NCBI GenBank assembly: GCA_021161905.1
Contig: JAGGZT010000012.1
Span: 17,675 to 81,674, forward strand
Direction: 5' to 3'
DNA: 64,000 nt
Origin: Acidobacteriota bacterium
GTDB taxonomy: Bacteria > Acidobacteriota > B3-B38 > Guanabaribacteriales > JAGGZT01
Of this stretch, positions 1 through 11,072 are shown piece by piece; positions within the stretch are counted from its first letter, which is position 1; each line of letters opens with the position of its first letter. A program made the translations under genes and the position numbers. A model generated the notes under the pieces. The model was not told where the DNA came from, did not search any database, and saw only the letters and a list, made by a program, of their open reading frames with translations.

Positions 1-484
1 TACCTACCCGGCAGAATTGATGAACGCCAGAAAAAGCCCCTACTACCGCATAATCCTCCACTAACACATGGCCCGCCAATGTCCCAGCATTCCCGAATAT
101 AATTCCATTACCCACTACACAGTCATGGGCAATATGGGAATAAGCCATAAAGTAGTTATCACTGCCAATAACCGTCTCCCCCCTACCACAGGCGGTCCCC
201 GCATTCACTGTGGTGAACTCACGAAAGACATTCCTTGCCCCGATCCGGACATAGGTCTTCTCCCCCTTATACTTCAGATCTTGAGCTGGGGTTCCTATAG
301 AACAAAAAGGGTAGATATGACAATCCTCCCCTATCTCGGTATAACCCACTATGTGGACATTGGCCTCAATGACCGTCCCCCTTCCTATCTTTACATTATC
401 ACCAATTATCGAGTAGGGACCTATCTTCACCCCCTCATCAATCTCTGCCTTAGGACTTATGACAGCTGTAGGATGAAACTTCAC
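1..484 (-). CDS. lpxA: UDP-N-acetylglucosamine O-acyltransferase LpxA (3' end outside the window; not in the ORF track)
   Basis: Hand translation from GTG at 484 (AGGAGGAGG SD upstream) gives MKFHPTAVISPKAEIDEGVKIGPYSIIG...PAQDLKYKGE...FREFTTVNAGT...FMAYSHIAHDCVVG...LAGHV...GVHQFCRVG. Hexapeptide repeats and LpxA motifs; follows fabZ. Confidence 0.95.
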   Translation of the reverse strand, partial: MKFHPTAVISPKAEIDEGVKIGPYSIIGDNVKIGRGTVIEANVHIVGYTEIGEDCHIYPFCSIGTPAQDLKYKGEKTYVRIGARNVFREFTTVNAGTACGRGETVIGSDNYFMAYSHIAHDCVVGNGIIFGNAGTLAGHVLVEDYAVVGAFSGVHQFCRVG

Positions 485-515
485 CTTCCTCCTCCTTGTG
501 AAAAGAACAAAAGTC

Positions 516-980
516 TTACTCATCAGTAAGAGCGGTGAGGATAATCGCTTCCGCTACCAACTTATCCCCAACATACGCCTTCCCCTGCATCTTGCAGGTC
601 CGCTCCCGAAGGCGTAATACCTCAACTTCAAACCGGAGCTGGTCCCCCGGCACCACCGGCTTACGGAATTTCGCCTTATCGATCCCCATAAAGTAAACGA
701 TCTTATTGCTGAGATTGGGGATCGACCGGAGCAGGAGCACCCCTCCCACCTGAGCCATCGCCTCGACGATAAGCACCCCTGGCATAACGGGCCTCCCTGG
801 AAAATGGCCAGTGAAGAAGGCTTCGTTCACGGTTACATTTTTTATCCCCACTATCCGCTTGTTCTCCTCGAGTTCGAGAATCCTATCGACAAGCAGAAAG
901 GGATACCGATGGGGAAGGATATTCATCACCTCCCGGACATCGAGGATAGGCTCCTCTCTCCGTTTGCTCTCCTCCATCAC
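516..980 (-). CDS. fabZ: 3-hydroxyacyl-ACP dehydratase FabZ
   Basis: [35 protein letters not shown] motifs; lpxD-fabZ-lpxA order. Confidence 0.97.
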   Translation of the reverse strand: MMEESKRREEPILDVREVMNILPHRYPFLLVDRILELEENKRIVGIKNVTVNEAFFTGHFPGRPVMPGVLIVEAMAQVGGVLLLRSIPNLSNKIVYFMGIDKAKFRKPVVPGDQLRFEVEVLRLRERTCKMQGKAYVGDKLVAEAIILTALTDE

Positions 981-989
981 TCATCCTCC

Positions 990-2048
990 TTACTTTTTCT
1001 TCGGGGGATAACCCTTATTCTCATAAGCGATCCTCTCCAATCTCTTCAGCCGTTGGAACAACTCAGGCAGACGGCTGAAAAGAGCGGTAGCCCTTAGCCA
1101 CTCCCTGTGATCCCGCGCCGGAAAACCGGCAATAGAGGAACCCGGAGGGATATCCTTGGTGACCACTCCCCTTCCCGCTATCTGCACTCCATCACCCACC
1201 TCCACATGATCCACCGTGGCTGATTGGCCCGCAAAAAGGACATCCTTCCCGATCCGAGAGCTGCCTGAGATCCCCACCTGCCCCACCAAAATGGAATTTT
1301 CCCCAATTACCACATTATGAGCCACCTGAACCAGATTGTCTATCTTCACTCCCCTCCCGATCCTCGTTTCTCCAAGAGTGGCTCGATCAATACAGGAATT
1401 AGCGCCTATCTCCACATCGTCCTCAATCACCACCCGTCCCACCTGAGGGATTTTGACATTCTTCCCTCCTTCCTTCACATAACCAAAACCATCCGCTCCG
1501 ATCACCGCCCCGGAATGGATTATCACCCTCGCCCCTATCTTGGTACCGGGATAAATAGAGACCAAGGGATAAATCACCGAATCATCCCCGATCTCCACAT
1601 CATCACCCACGATCACCCCAGGATGAAGGACTACCCGGTCACCCAACCAAGAATTCCTACCCACATAGACGAAAGGATAAATGCTCACCCCCTCTCCTAT
1701 AGATACGCCTTCATCAAGATGGGCAAGAGGGCTTATCTCCCTTCGCTCGGCTTTCTTAGGGTATAAGAAATTGAGGATCTTAGCCAAAGCAAGATGTGGG
1801 TTATCAACCCTTATGAGGTTCCTCCCCCTGAGGGAAGACCCCCTCCTGATGATAAAAGCCCCTGCCTTCGACCGCTCTGCTTCAGGGAGATATCTCTCGT
1901 TGGCGATAAAGGAAAGAGAACCCTCTCCTGCTTCCGCTAACGGTTTCACCTCATAGATAATGTAACTTTTATCTCCGGAAACTTCCCCCCCTACCAGCCG
2001 AGCGAGTTCTTCAAGGGTTACCCTACGCTTTTCCTCCCCCTCACTCAC
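990..2048 (-). CDS. lpxD: UDP-3-O-acylglucosamine N-acyltransferase LpxD
   Basis: Hexapeptide repeats; [33 protein letters not shown] motifs. Confidence 0.97.
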   Translation of the reverse strand: MSEGEEKRRVTLEELARLVGGEVSGDKSYIIYEVKPLAEAGEGSLSFIANERYLPEAERSKAGAFIIRRGSSLRGRNLIRVDNPHLALAKILNFLYPKKAERREISPLAHLDEGVSIGEGVSIYPFVYVGRNSWLGDRVVLHPGVIVGDDVEIGDDSVIYPLVSIYPGTKIGARVIIHSGAVIGADGFGYVKEGGKNVKIPQVGRVVIEDDVEIGANSCIDRATLGETRIGRGVKIDNLVQVAHNVVIGENSILVGQVGISGSSRIGKDVLFAGQSATVDHVEVGDGVQIAGRGVVTKDIPPGSSIAGFPARDHREWLRATALFSRLPELFQRLKRLERIAYENKGYPPKKK

Positions 2049-2066
2049 TTCCTCGCCCTGGTGTTA

Positions 2067-2627
2067 TTATTTTTTCTTCGGTGTCGGCTTCACCTTCCTC
2101 TGCTGGCTCAGCTTATTGAACCGAACAATCACCTTATCGGTAATATCAATCTTTGGATCGACATAAAGCATTCCCGGAGAAGCCTCAAGGATGAGACTGT
2201 AACCTTCCTCCTTCGCTAGCTGATTTATTATAGGCATAATCCTACTTCCGAACTTGGCAAACTGCTCCTGAGAATAAGCATTTAATTCTGCCTGAGCGTC
2301 CTCTTTAAACCGGTTAAGATCCCGGATTTTCTGCTCCAGCTCCCTCTGCTTCCTCAAACGGGCTTCCTCACTCAGTGAACCCGCCTGCCGCTGTAAGAGC
2401 TGTTGCTCTTTAAGGATTGCGTTCTGACGCGCCTGGATCTCCGCCTCTTTTTCCTGTTTTTTCTTCTTAAGCTTAGCCAGGAATGCCTTTCCCTCTATCG
2501 ATTCTCTAACCACTCGATTGGTATTCAGAACGCCGATCTTAGCTCCAGATGTCGGCTTCTGGTTAACCGCTACCAAAGGAAGAGCCAGAATAAACGCAAG
2601 CAGAAAGTAAATCTCCTTTCTCTTCAT
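2067..2627 (-). CDS. skp: OmpH/Skp periplasmic chaperone
   Basis: Signal peptide, KIGVL strand, long coiled coil, C-terminal DITDKVI; between bamA and lpxD. Confidence 0.9.
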   Translation of the reverse strand: MKRKEIYFLLAFILALPLVAVNQKPTSGAKIGVLNTNRVVRESIEGKAFLAKLKKKKQEKEAEIQARQNAILKEQQLLQRQAGSLSEEARLRKQRELEQKIRDLNRFKEDAQAELNAYSQEQFAKFGSRIMPIINQLAKEEGYSLILEASPGMLYVDPKIDITDKVIVRFNKLSQQRKVKPTPKKK

Positions 2628-2675
2628 CCTTCACACTCCCATCTCTTGTTGAAGTATCGCCCAAAAACTAAACCT

Positions 2676-4982
2676 TTAGAACATCGTCCCCACACCGAAG
2701 GTAAAGATAGAACGGGGTTCGTTACCGATGGGGGACAGGTTAATAGCCCAGATAAACCTCAACGGCACCTGTAAAAATGGCACAAACACTCGAAACTCCG
2801 CTCCCGTAGTTCGACGGAGATTAGTAAGAGAGTAAGGCTCATCGTTGTTGAAAGCGTTTCCCGCATCGAAGAATAGAGCAAGGCGAGTCTCTGGGGTAAG
2901 GATGAAGACATATTCAGCGTTGAAAAGGAGCATCTTATTCCCGCCGATGTAATACCCATATTCGTCCCTCGGGCTTACCGAACGGAGCCTGAGGCCTCGT
3001 ATGGTATACTCCCCACCGAGGAAATAACGCTCAAAGATGAGAAGGGATTGCCCACCCCACGCCTTGGCATACCCTACTTGGGTGCGGAATGAAAACACCT
3101 GGCGCGGGAAAAGGTGAAAATGCTTCACATATTCCCCAAAGAACCTTGCAAATTTCCGCTCCCCCTGAAGTGGCCCTCCAGCAAGCTCCACCGACACGGT
3201 AAGACGATTCCCATGGGTGGGAAAGATGGGATGATCTACCGTATTCCAGATGATGGAGGGAGTAATACTACTGGTGACCGTTTTCCCCTCGGGAAAGAGG
3301 GTAGGGATCATAAAGAAGTTGATGTAATAGGGGTTAGTTGGATCGGGATTCTTTATATCGATTATCTCGTAGCGATAGGTCAAAAAACCGCTGGTGAACC
3401 GATTGAAGGGCCAGCTGAAGCGAAAGTTCACCCCTACACTATTCTGATAGAAATCGATGAAGCTTATCCTCCGTTTGAAAGCAGAAATACCCAAACCAAG
3501 ATGGCGGTCGAAGACCCAGGGATCATAGTAGGAGAGATTAAAATAGGTGGCTCGCTTGCCCACCTGTCCCCCAACACCAAGGGTAATCCCCTTACCGAAA
3601 AGGTTCCTCGTCTGGAAAGAGAAATTCCCAAAAACCCCCTCGAACTCAGAATAACCACCTCCAAAGAGAATGGAGTTCCTTCCCATCTCGTGCAACTTTA
3701 TCTTTAGGTCGACCGTCTTCTTCTCCTTGTTCACCTCCCAAGATGGCTCCACAATATCGAAATAACCAAGCTGTTTGATCAGATCTAAGCTCAACTTCAA
3801 CCTCCGCTGACTGAACACCATCCCCTCCTGGAGCATCAACTGTCTCCTTATCACCTTATCATGGGTAATCGTGTTCCCTTCAAACTCTATTCTATTTACA
3901 TAATAAACCCCGTTCTCCTGAACCTCGATGTTGAGGTTGATCAGCTTCTTCTCCTCGTCGAAATTATAACGGGGGAGGATGTTTATCATAATATAACCCC
4001 GATTACCATATAACTCTTGAAGATCCTTAAGCCCATCCCAGAGTTTCTTATTATTGAACACCTCTCCCTTCTTAAGTTGAAGTATTAAGGTGATCAACTT
4101 CGTCGGCAGAAGCTTGTTTCCAGAGACCTTAACCTCCCCTACTCGATATTGATCTCCTTCCTCCACAGGAATAGTAATGAAGAGTCGTCTCTTCCCTTTT
4201 CCCACCTCCTTTATCTCCAACTTGGGGGTGTCTATCTTGAACGCCATATAACCATGACTCCAGTACAACTGCCTCAACCGGTTCAGATCGTCCTGAAACT
4301 TCTCCTCCTTATATACATCGTGAGAGGAAAGGAAAGAAAAGAACCAGTGCTCCCTGGTATCCTTCATCGTTCGCTTGAGCTCCCAGTCAGAGAAAACCTT
4401 GTTGCCCACAAACTCTATCTTCCCGATCCTCAGCTTATCCCCCTCATCCACATCGAAAAGAAGCCGAACAGTAGAGCTGGATACCGGTTCTACCTTATAC
4501 TTCACCTGGGCGAACTTCCTCCCCTTCTCCCCAAGGAGCCCCTTTATCACATTCATCACCCGATAAACAGTGGGGATGTCGAGATAGTTCCCCGGCTTTA
4601 AACTTATGTTTTCTTTCTCCAACTTATCCTCTATATCCGATTGGGAAACGGACTTGAGCCCTTTATATTGAACATTCACTATCTCCTTTTTCTCCTTAAC
4701 CTCGAATATGACGATCTTACCCTTAGGACTGTCTTGAGAGAGAACACGAATATCATCAAAGAAACCGGTTCTCCAGAGGACCTCAAAATCTCGCGCTAAA
4801 CGCTCCTCGTCGTAAGGACCGCCAACCCTCGAGGAGATGTAATAGAATATGGTCTCAGTGGATATCCGATGGTTTCCTACTATCTTTATCTCGGCTATTT
4901 TTGTCCCCTCACTTCCCAGCAATAGAGGAGCAAAGAAGAAAAGTAAGAAAAGAAATACACCAAAAGAAGGTCTCTTTTTCAT
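2676..4982 (-). CDS. bamA: Outer membrane protein assembly factor BamA
   Basis: Signal peptide, POTRA-type repeats (I.I.GN...), C-terminal barrel with FLGG..TIRG and terminal Phe; followed by skp-lpxD. Confidence 0.95.
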   Translation of the reverse strand: MKKRPSFGVFLFLLFFFAPLLLGSEGTKIAEIKIVGNHRISTETIFYYISSRVGGPYDEERLARDFEVLWRTGFFDDIRVLSQDSPKGKIVIFEVKEKKEIVNVQYKGLKSVSQSDIEDKLEKENISLKPGNYLDIPTVYRVMNVIKGLLGEKGRKFAQVKYKVEPVSSSTVRLLFDVDEGDKLRIGKIEFVGNKVFSDWELKRTMKDTREHWFFSFLSSHDVYKEEKFQDDLNRLRQLYWSHGYMAFKIDTPKLEIKEVGKGKRRLFITIPVEEGDQYRVGEVKVSGNKLLPTKLITLILQLKKGEVFNNKKLWDGLKDLQELYGNRGYIMINILPRYNFDEEKKLINLNIEVQENGVYYVNRIEFEGNTITHDKVIRRQLMLQEGMVFSQRRLKLSLDLIKQLGYFDIVEPSWEVNKEKKTVDLKIKLHEMGRNSILFGGGYSEFEGVFGNFSFQTRNLFGKGITLGVGGQVGKRATYFNLSYYDPWVFDRHLGLGISAFKRRISFIDFYQNSVGVNFRFSWPFNRFTSGFLTYRYEIIDIKNPDPTNPYYINFFMIPTLFPEGKTVTSSITPSIIWNTVDHPIFPTHGNRLTVSVELAGGPLQGERKFARFFGEYVKHFHLFPRQVFSFRTQVGYAKAWGGQSLLIFERYFLGGEYTIRGLRLRSVSPRDEYGYYIGGNKMLLFNAEYVFILTPETRLALFFDAGNAFNNDEPYSLTNLRRTTGAEFRVFVPFLQVPLRFIWAINLSPIGNEPRSIFTFGVGTMF

Positions 4983-5017
4983 CGGCTTACAATCAAGTCA
5001 ATAAGGTTCACCATCGG

Positions 5018-7447
5018 TTAGGCAATGATATTCTTTAGTTCCTTTTCCCTTAAGACCAGCTTGTCCCCCTCAGCTTGGACAACTACCACCCCGCTCTCCT
5101 TAAACTTACCCTTTATCATCTCCTCAGCCAGTGGGTCCTCAATATACTTCTGGATCGCCCTCCTCAATGGTCTCGCTCCATAGCTTCTATCCTTGCAGGT
5201 CTTTTCGATCAGCCAACGACAGGCATCATCGGTAATTTCAAGGGTGATCTTAGAATGAACGAGATACTCATTTATATCCTTTATCAACAACTTGACGATA
5301 TTAACCAGATCCTCATCGGTGAGGGAACGGAATACGATGATCTCATCGATCCGATTGAGGAACTCCGGATTGAACAGCTTCTTTACCTCAGCAAGCACCA
5401 TCTCCTTCATTCGCTTAAAGTTGAGTTCCTCATCAGTGGGAGAAAAACCGAACCCCCCCTTCTTCTGGATGAACCGCGCCCCCAGATTCGAGGTCATAAT
5501 CATTATCGTATTCCGGAAGTCAACCGTGGTGCCTAAACCGTCGGTTAGCTCCCCTTCCTCGAACACTTGAAGGAGGATATTAAATATGTTGGGATGCGCC
5601 TTCTCAATCTCGTCGAGTAGCACTACGGAATATGGAGTTTGCTTTACCTTCTCGGTGAGCTGCCCCCCCTCTTCATAACCGACATAACCAGGAGGCGATC
5701 CGATGAGCTTGGAGACCGAATGCTTCTCCATATACTCTGACATATCAAACCGAATGAGAGCACGCTCACTACCAAAGAGGACCCGAGCCAAGGTCCTCGC
5801 CACCTCGGTCTTCCCCACTCCGGTGGGACCGAGGAAGAGAAACGACCCTACAGGCCTCGTTGGGCTCTTCAACCCTGCTCGGGAACGCCGGATCGCTCGG
5901 GCAAGCGCCTCTATCGCCTCTTCCTGTCCTACGATCCGTCGGTGGAGCTCCTTCTCCATATTCAGTAGCTTATCCTGCTCCCCTTCTTGTACCGTGGCGA
6001 GGGGAATCCCTGTCCAGTCGGAAACAACCTCTTCAATATCCTTCTTATCCACCACGATTGGCTCCCGGGTTTGCTCCTTGAGTTCCTGTTGGATAGCGAG
6101 AAGCCGTTCCCGCTCCTTCGTCTCCCGCTCTCCGTAGAACACTGCCCGATCGAAATCGCGGAGGAAGAGGGAACGGTCTATCTCAGCCAGCGTTCCCTTG
6201 AGCTGTTCCTCTAACTGCTTCAGCTCCTTGGCTACGCTCGACCTTCGGAGCTTCGCTCTGGCACCCGCCTCATCAATTATGTCTATCGCCTTATCGGGAA
6301 GGAAACGGTCGGTGATATACCGATTAGAGAGGTAAACCGCCGCCTTGATCGCCTCATCGGTATATTTCACACTATGATAAGCTTCATACCGCTCCTTTAC
6401 CCCCATAAGGATGCTCAGGGTCTCCTCCTCTGTGGGAGGTGGCACCTTTATTCCCTGAAACCTTCGTTCAAGTGCCCGGTCTTTCTCTATAAATTTCCGA
6501 TACTCCTTGGGAGTAGCAGCGCCGATACACTTTATCTCACCCCGAGATAAAGCGGGCTTCAAAATACCGGCAGCATCGAGCGAACCCTCTGCAGAACCCG
6601 CTCCTACCAAGGTATGGAGCTCATCAATAAATAGGATGACATCCTCATTCTCCTTGAGCTCCTTCAGGATAGCCTTAAGCCGTTCCTCAAATTGCCCTCG
6701 ATACTTGGTACCCGCCACTACTGCCGAGAGGTCGAGGGAGAGGATCCGCTTATTATAAAGGAAGGGAGGAACATCCCCCTTGACGATCTTCTGCGCCAGT
6801 CCTTCCACTATCGCCGTCTTCCCTACCCCAGGTTCTCCAATCAATACCGGATTGTTCTTCGTCCGCCGACAAAGTATCTGGATCAACCGCTTCATCTCCC
6901 GTTCTCTGCCGATTAATGGGTCGAGCTTTCCCATTATGGCGAGGCTGGTGAGGTCCCGACTAAACTCGGAAAGGAGGGGGGTTTCCTTTTTCCTTTCCTC
7001 GTTCACCTTATCCCTCAAAAGGGTTATCAGATCCTCCCTTACGGAGGCGAACTTCATCCCCTTTTCCGCCAATATCTTGGCAGCAAGAGACTTACGCTCC
7101 CGAAGTATCCCTAAAAGGATATGCTCCGTCCCGATATAGTTGTGGAAGAGCTTCTCCGCCTCCTCCGCAGCATAGATCAAAGCCCTCTTCGTCTCTTCGC
7201 TCAAAGGGATCTCCACTGAAGTCGATATCTTTCCCCTTTTCGCCGCCGCCTTACTCTCTATCTCCTTCCTCAGAAGCTCCGGCTTAATATGGGAACGAGC
7301 AAACAACTGCTCCGTCACCCCATCGCACTCCCGAAGTATCCCCAAAAGGATATGCTCCGTTCCAATGGTGCTACTTCCCAACTGGCTCGCCTCGTACCTG
7401 GCAAAGAATATTACCCGACGCGCCTTCTCAGTATATTTCTCAAACAT
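5018..7447 (-). CDS. clpC: ATP-dependent Clp protease ATPase subunit, ClpC-type
   Basis: [12 protein letters not shown]-domain with two GTEHILLG repeats, two Walker A motifs ([16 protein letters not shown]), short middle coiled coil, GFGF ClpP-docking loop. Confidence 0.92.
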   Translation of the reverse strand: MFEKYTEKARRVIFFARYEASQLGSSTIGTEHILLGILRECDGVTEQLFARSHIKPELLRKEIESKAAAKRGKISTSVEIPLSEETKRALIYAAEEAEKLFHNYIGTEHILLGILRERKSLAAKILAEKGMKFASVREDLITLLRDKVNEERKKETPLLSEFSRDLTSLAIMGKLDPLIGREREMKRLIQILCRRTKNNPVLIGEPGVGKTAIVEGLAQKIVKGDVPPFLYNKRILSLDLSAVVAGTKYRGQFEERLKAILKELKENEDVILFIDELHTLVGAGSAEGSLDAAGILKPALSRGEIKCIGAATPKEYRKFIEKDRALERRFQGIKVPPPTEEETLSILMGVKERYEAYHSVKYTDEAIKAAVYLSNRYITDRFLPDKAIDIIDEAGARAKLRRSSVAKELKQLEEQLKGTLAEIDRSLFLRDFDRAVFYGERETKERERLLAIQQELKEQTREPIVVDKKDIEEVVSDWTGIPLATVQEGEQDKLLNMEKELHRRIVGQEEAIEALARAIRRSRAGLKSPTRPVGSFLFLGPTGVGKTEVARTLARVLFGSERALIRFDMSEYMEKHSVSKLIGSPPGYVGYEEGGQLTEKVKQTPYSVVLLDEIEKAHPNIFNILLQVFEEGELTDGLGTTVDFRNTIMIMTSNLGARFIQKKGGFGFSPTDEELNFKRMKEMVLAEVKKLFNPEFLNRIDEIIVFRSLTDEDLVNIVKLLIKDINEYLVHSKITLEITDDACRWLIEKTCKDRSYGARPLRRAIQKYIEDPLAEEMIKGKFKESGVVVVQAEGDKLVLREKELKNIIA

Positions 7448-7511
7448 TATTCCTCCCAGCCAATTCCTGCCTTTTCTTCTCTAATATAATAACAATTGAC
7501 AAACCCCTTTT

Positions 7512-8195
7512 TCAAGGGGAAAGAGGATGCAACCTCCCATTTTCGAGACGCAATATCCGATCGCATCTTTCCGCCAATTTCAAGTTATGGGTGGCTAAAA
7601 CGAGCCCCAGCCCATGCCTCTCCATCAGTGAGAAAAGAAGGGAAAAAACCCGCTCCCCTGTTTCTTCATCCAGGTTGCCCGTGGGTTCATCCGCGAGCAA
7701 CACCTTGGGGTTCCCCATCAAAGCACGGGCAATAGCTACCCGTTGCTGCTCCCCGCCCGAGAGCTCGGAAGGGTGATGATCCTTACGATCAAGAAGCCCC
7801 ACCTCGGAAAGAAGCTCCTCCGCTCTCTTTTTCGCCACTTCTTCATCCATCCCTCGAATTAGGAAAGGCATTGTCACATTCTCCAAAGCGGAAAATTCGG
7901 GAAGAAGATGGAAGAACTGAAAGATGAACCCTATCTCGAAATTACGGAACCGAGCAAGCTCCTCCGGAGAAAGGGAGGAAAGCTCTCTCCCATCAAACCT
8001 TATGCTCCCGGCATCCGGATGGTCAAGGGCTCCGATAAGGTTGAGAAGGGTACTCTTGCCAACACCAGAAGCCCCGACGATGGCTAACGATTCCCCATCA
8101 CCAAGAACAAAATCCACCCCTTTAAGCACCTCTATCCTTCTCCCTCCAGAAAAATAGGACTTATGGAGATGAGAGACCTCGATCAGCTTACTCAT
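7512..8195 (-). CDS. lolD: Lipoprotein-releasing ABC transporter ATP-binding protein LolD
   Basis: GASGVGKS, GFIFQFFHLL, LSGGEQQRVAIARAL, LADEPTGNLD. Confidence 0.9.
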   Translation of the reverse strand: MSKLIEVSHLHKSYFSGGRRIEVLKGVDFVLGDGESLAIVGASGVGKSTLLNLIGALDHPDAGSIRFDGRELSSLSPEELARFRNFEIGFIFQFFHLLPEFSALENVTMPFLIRGMDEEVAKKRAEELLSEVGLLDRKDHHPSELSGGEQQRVAIARALMGNPKVLLADEPTGNLDEETGERVFSLLFSLMERHGLGLVLATHNLKLAERCDRILRLENGRLHPLSP

Positions 8196-9420
8196 AACGG
8201 AGCGCCTCCACCGGACTCAATTTGGACGCCTTGAACGAGGGGTAGATGGTAGCGAGAAAACTTATCAGAACCGTCATCCCCACCACCAGCGCCACATCGA
8301 CGATCCTTATCTTAAACGGTAGATAGGATATGGTATAGACATCTGGGGGAAGGGAGATGATCTTATAGGCATCAAGAAACCAGGAGGTTAAAATTCCAAG
8401 GGTGGCGCCGATCACCGTGCCGATAAGCCCAATGATCACCCCCTGGGTCATAAAGGTGATCATAATAGAACGAGAGGTGGCTCCCATTGATATGAGCACA
8501 CCGATATCCCTCCTTTTCTCCACCACCAGCAGCACTAAGGTGGTGATTATATTCAAGGCGGCAACGCAGACGATAAGGCTTATGGTGATGAAGAGGACCA
8601 ATTTCTCAAGTTTCAGGGCAGAGAAAAACGAGGAGTTCATCTGCATCCAGTCCTCAACCACATAGCCCGGACCGAGGGTCCGACGAACGCCCTCGGCGAT
8701 CGCCTTGACCTTAAAGATATCATCAACCTTAACCTGGATCACATTAACCTTGTCTTGAAGCCCAAAGAAGCGTTGAGCAATGGGGAGAAAGACAAACGCC
8801 CATTGAAGGTCTGCCTCCCACATTCCAGAATCGAATACCCCCACCACCTCGAAACTCTTCGGCTTGGGAAGGAGGCCCAGTGGGGAAAGTGAGGTAGCAG
8901 CTATCGATATCACCCGAACAATATCGCCCCTGGTTACGCCAAGGCGGAAGGCGAGCTCCTTCCCCAAGATGATGCCAGGTCTCCCCTTTTTCGTCGAAAG
9001 CTCGCTGACATCGCCCACCTTCATCTTAGAGAAAACGGTACTCACCTTGGTTATGGACGAAGGAGAGACCCCGTAGATGACCGCCCCCTCGGTCCCCAAG
9101 CTACTTGCGATCATCCCTTTGGAGAAGGCGGTGGGGGTCGCCGCCACTACCCCGGGAACCCTCCTAACCCTCTTTATCAGTTCGGGATAATCCCGTATCG
9201 CCCGGTTGGGGTAGGCGTTGAAGATTAAGATGTGGGAGTTCGCCCCGAGTATCTTCTCCTGAATATTCTCATGAAAACCGGTCATAAGGGATAAGGCAAT
9301 GATAAGGGCGGCGACCCCCACCGCCACCCCGATAATGGCGATGATGGTGATAACCGAGACGAACGCACCCTTTTTCTTTGGACGGAGATAACGAAGGGCG
9401 AGAAAAAGTTCGTAACGCAT
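8188..9420 (-). CDS. lolC: Lipoprotein-releasing ABC transporter permease (single LolC/E-type subunit)
   Basis: ALRYL N-terminus, four-TM FtsX-like layout, DWMQMN, LKLEK, EKRRDIGVL, SPVEALRYE; overlaps lolD. Confidence 0.88.
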   Translation of the reverse strand: MRYELFLALRYLRPKKKGAFVSVITIIAIIGVAVGVAALIIALSLMTGFHENIQEKILGANSHILIFNAYPNRAIRDYPELIKRVRRVPGVVAATPTAFSKGMIASSLGTEGAVIYGVSPSSITKVSTVFSKMKVGDVSELSTKKGRPGIILGKELAFRLGVTRGDIVRVISIAATSLSPLGLLPKPKSFEVVGVFDSGMWEADLQWAFVFLPIAQRFFGLQDKVNVIQVKVDDIFKVKAIAEGVRRTLGPGYVVEDWMQMNSSFFSALKLEKLVLFITISLIVCVAALNIITTLVLLVVEKRRDIGVLISMGATSRSIMITFMTQGVIIGLIGTVIGATLGILTSWFLDAYKIISLPPDVYTISYLPFKIRIVDVALVVGMTVLISFLATIYPSFKASKLSPVEALRYE

Positions 9421-9460
9421 TATCTCCTTCCGAGAGAGGCTGAAAGATAAAGGGACATAA

Positions 9461-10948
9461 TCAATCTGTTTCCTTCGGCTTTAACTGGGGGAAGAGGATG
9501 ACCTCACGGATAGAACGGGAATCGGTAAAGAGCATAGCCACCCGATCTATACCCACCCCCTCACCAGTGGTCGGAGGCATTCCATATTCAAGGGCGCGGA
9601 CATAATCCTTATCCATCGTGTGGGCTTCAACATCACCCTTAGCCCGTTCTTTGACCTGCTCCTCGAACCTCCGCCTCTGATCCTCCGGGTCGTTGAGCTC
9701 ACTATACCCATTAGCCACCTCGAGCCCCCCGATAAAGAGCTCAAACCGCTCCACCGTATTCGGATCGTCCGGCTTGCTTTTGGATAGGGGGGAGATATCC
9801 CGGGGGTAATCGATGATGAAGGTCGGCTTGATGAGAAGCGGTTGGACCAGTTCATCAAACAGCTTGGCGATGATCTTCCCCTTGGTTTTACAATCGGAGA
9901 TGTCTATGTTCCTCTCAGAGGCTATCTTCGCCAACCTATTCTCATCGGAGAGGTCTTCCGGCTCTATATTAGCCCATTTGGTCAAGGCGTCCTTCAAGGT
10001 TATCCTACGCCAGGGTGGCTCAAGGGAGATGGTCTCCCCGTTGTAGGTTATCTCCTTCTTGCCGAGCGCCCTTTCCGCCACATAGGAAAACATCCTTTCG
10101 GTGAAATCCATCACCATCTGGTAATCGACATAAGCCATATAGAACTCAAGCATCGTGAATTCCGGATTGTGCTGGGTGGAGATGCCCTCGTTCCTAAAGT
10201 TTTTGTTGATCTCATAAACCCGCTCTATCCCACCTACTACCAACCGCTTAAGATAGAGCTCTGGCGCTATCCGGAGATAAAGATAGATCCCTAAAGCATT
10301 GTGAAATGTCTTAAAGGGGCGAGCGGTTGCTCCTCCCGGGATAGGTTGCATCATCGGGGTTTCCACCTCGAGGAAGCCCTCCTTGTTCAAGAAATCGCGG
10401 AACGCCTGGATGATCTTCGCTCGGATCTCGAACTTTCTCCTCACCTCGGGATTAGCAATTAGATCAAGGTAACGCTGGCGGTAGCGGAGTTCCACATCGG
10501 TAAGTCCATGCCATTTCTCGGGCAGGGGACGGAGGGATTTGGCGAGGAAGGAAACCTCCTTCACCATCACCGTAAGCTCGCCGGTCTTGGTGCGGAATAG
10601 AGGACCAGAAACACCAATGAAATCACCGATATCGAGTAACTTGAAGAGCTTAAAATCTCGTTCAGAAAGCTCATCCTTCTTGAAATATACCTGCAGTCTC
10701 CCCTTACCATCGAAAAGGTGAGCGAAACCCGCCTTCCCATGGGGTCTAAAGGAAATTATCCTGCCCGCTACTCGAACCTCTATCCCTCTTCTCTCAAGCT
10801 CCTCAGCAGAGAGGTTTCCAAATTTCTCCGGAACCTCGCTGATCTCATGGGTTCGATCGAAACGATTGGGATAAGGCTCTATCCCAAGCTGGATGATCCG
10901 TTCAAGCTTCTCCCTTCGTGCTCGATAAATGGCATCTTCCTGTGACAC
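9461..10948 (-). CDS. lysS: Lysine--tRNA ligase (class II)
   Basis: LRPLPEKWHGL, RYRQRYLDL, YLRIAPELYLKRL, FRNEG, EYGMPP, LFPQ. Start moved from 10981 to GTG 10948 (or 10954) because 10981 lies in the -10 box. Confidence 0.97.
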   Translation of the reverse strand: MSQEDAIYRARREKLERIIQLGIEPYPNRFDRTHEISEVPEKFGNLSAEELERRGIEVRVAGRIISFRPHGKAGFAHLFDGKGRLQVYFKKDELSERDFKLFKLLDIGDFIGVSGPLFRTKTGELTVMVKEVSFLAKSLRPLPEKWHGLTDVELRYRQRYLDLIANPEVRRKFEIRAKIIQAFRDFLNKEGFLEVETPMMQPIPGGATARPFKTFHNALGIYLYLRIAPELYLKRLVVGGIERVYEINKNFRNEGISTQHNPEFTMLEFYMAYVDYQMVMDFTERMFSYVAERALGKKEITYNGETISLEPPWRRITLKDALTKWANIEPEDLSDENRLAKIASERNIDISDCKTKGKIIAKLFDELVQPLLIKPTFIIDYPRDISPLSKSKPDDPNTVERFELFIGGLEVANGYSELNDPEDQRRRFEEQVKERAKGDVEAHTMDKDYVRALEYGMPPTTGEGVGIDRVAMLFTDSRSIREVILFPQLKPKETD

Positions 10949-10980
10949 TTTCACTCCCCTTCTTTCTGAAAAGTCCCTCA

Positions 10981-11010
10981 ATTATAAGTGAAGGGGGAAA
11001 TCGCTGTCAA
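10981..11010 (-). promoter_or_regulatory. Sigma70-type promoter of the lysS-lolC-lolD operon
   Basis: Minus strand TTGACA (11010-11005), 18-nt spacer, TATAAT (10986-10981); both hexamers are perfect consensus. Confidence 0.8.
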
Positions 11011-11019
11011 GGAAAGGGG

Positions 11020-11072
11020 AAAAATAAAAAGCCCGGCTCCCTAAAGCCGGGCAGGGGAGAAAAATCTCCCCT
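11020..11072 (-). terminator. Rho-independent terminator after etfA, with a second hairpin at the stop codon
   Basis: GCCCGGCT/AGCCGGGC stem (11031-11052) followed on the minus strand by a U-rich tail; extra AGGGGAGA-AAAA-TCTCCCCT hairpin at 11053-11072. Confidence 0.8.

Noticed and set aside
68-529. Plus-strand 153-aa ORF
   Set aside because: Antisense shadow of lpxA, which the track missed because it runs off the window edge
7490-7502. Plus-strand TTGACA and a TTGTCAATTG 10-mer shared with 50982-50991
   Set aside because: No properly spaced -10 box on the plus strand; the match is short and includes a -35 hexamer; no CIRCE or CtsR repeat seen
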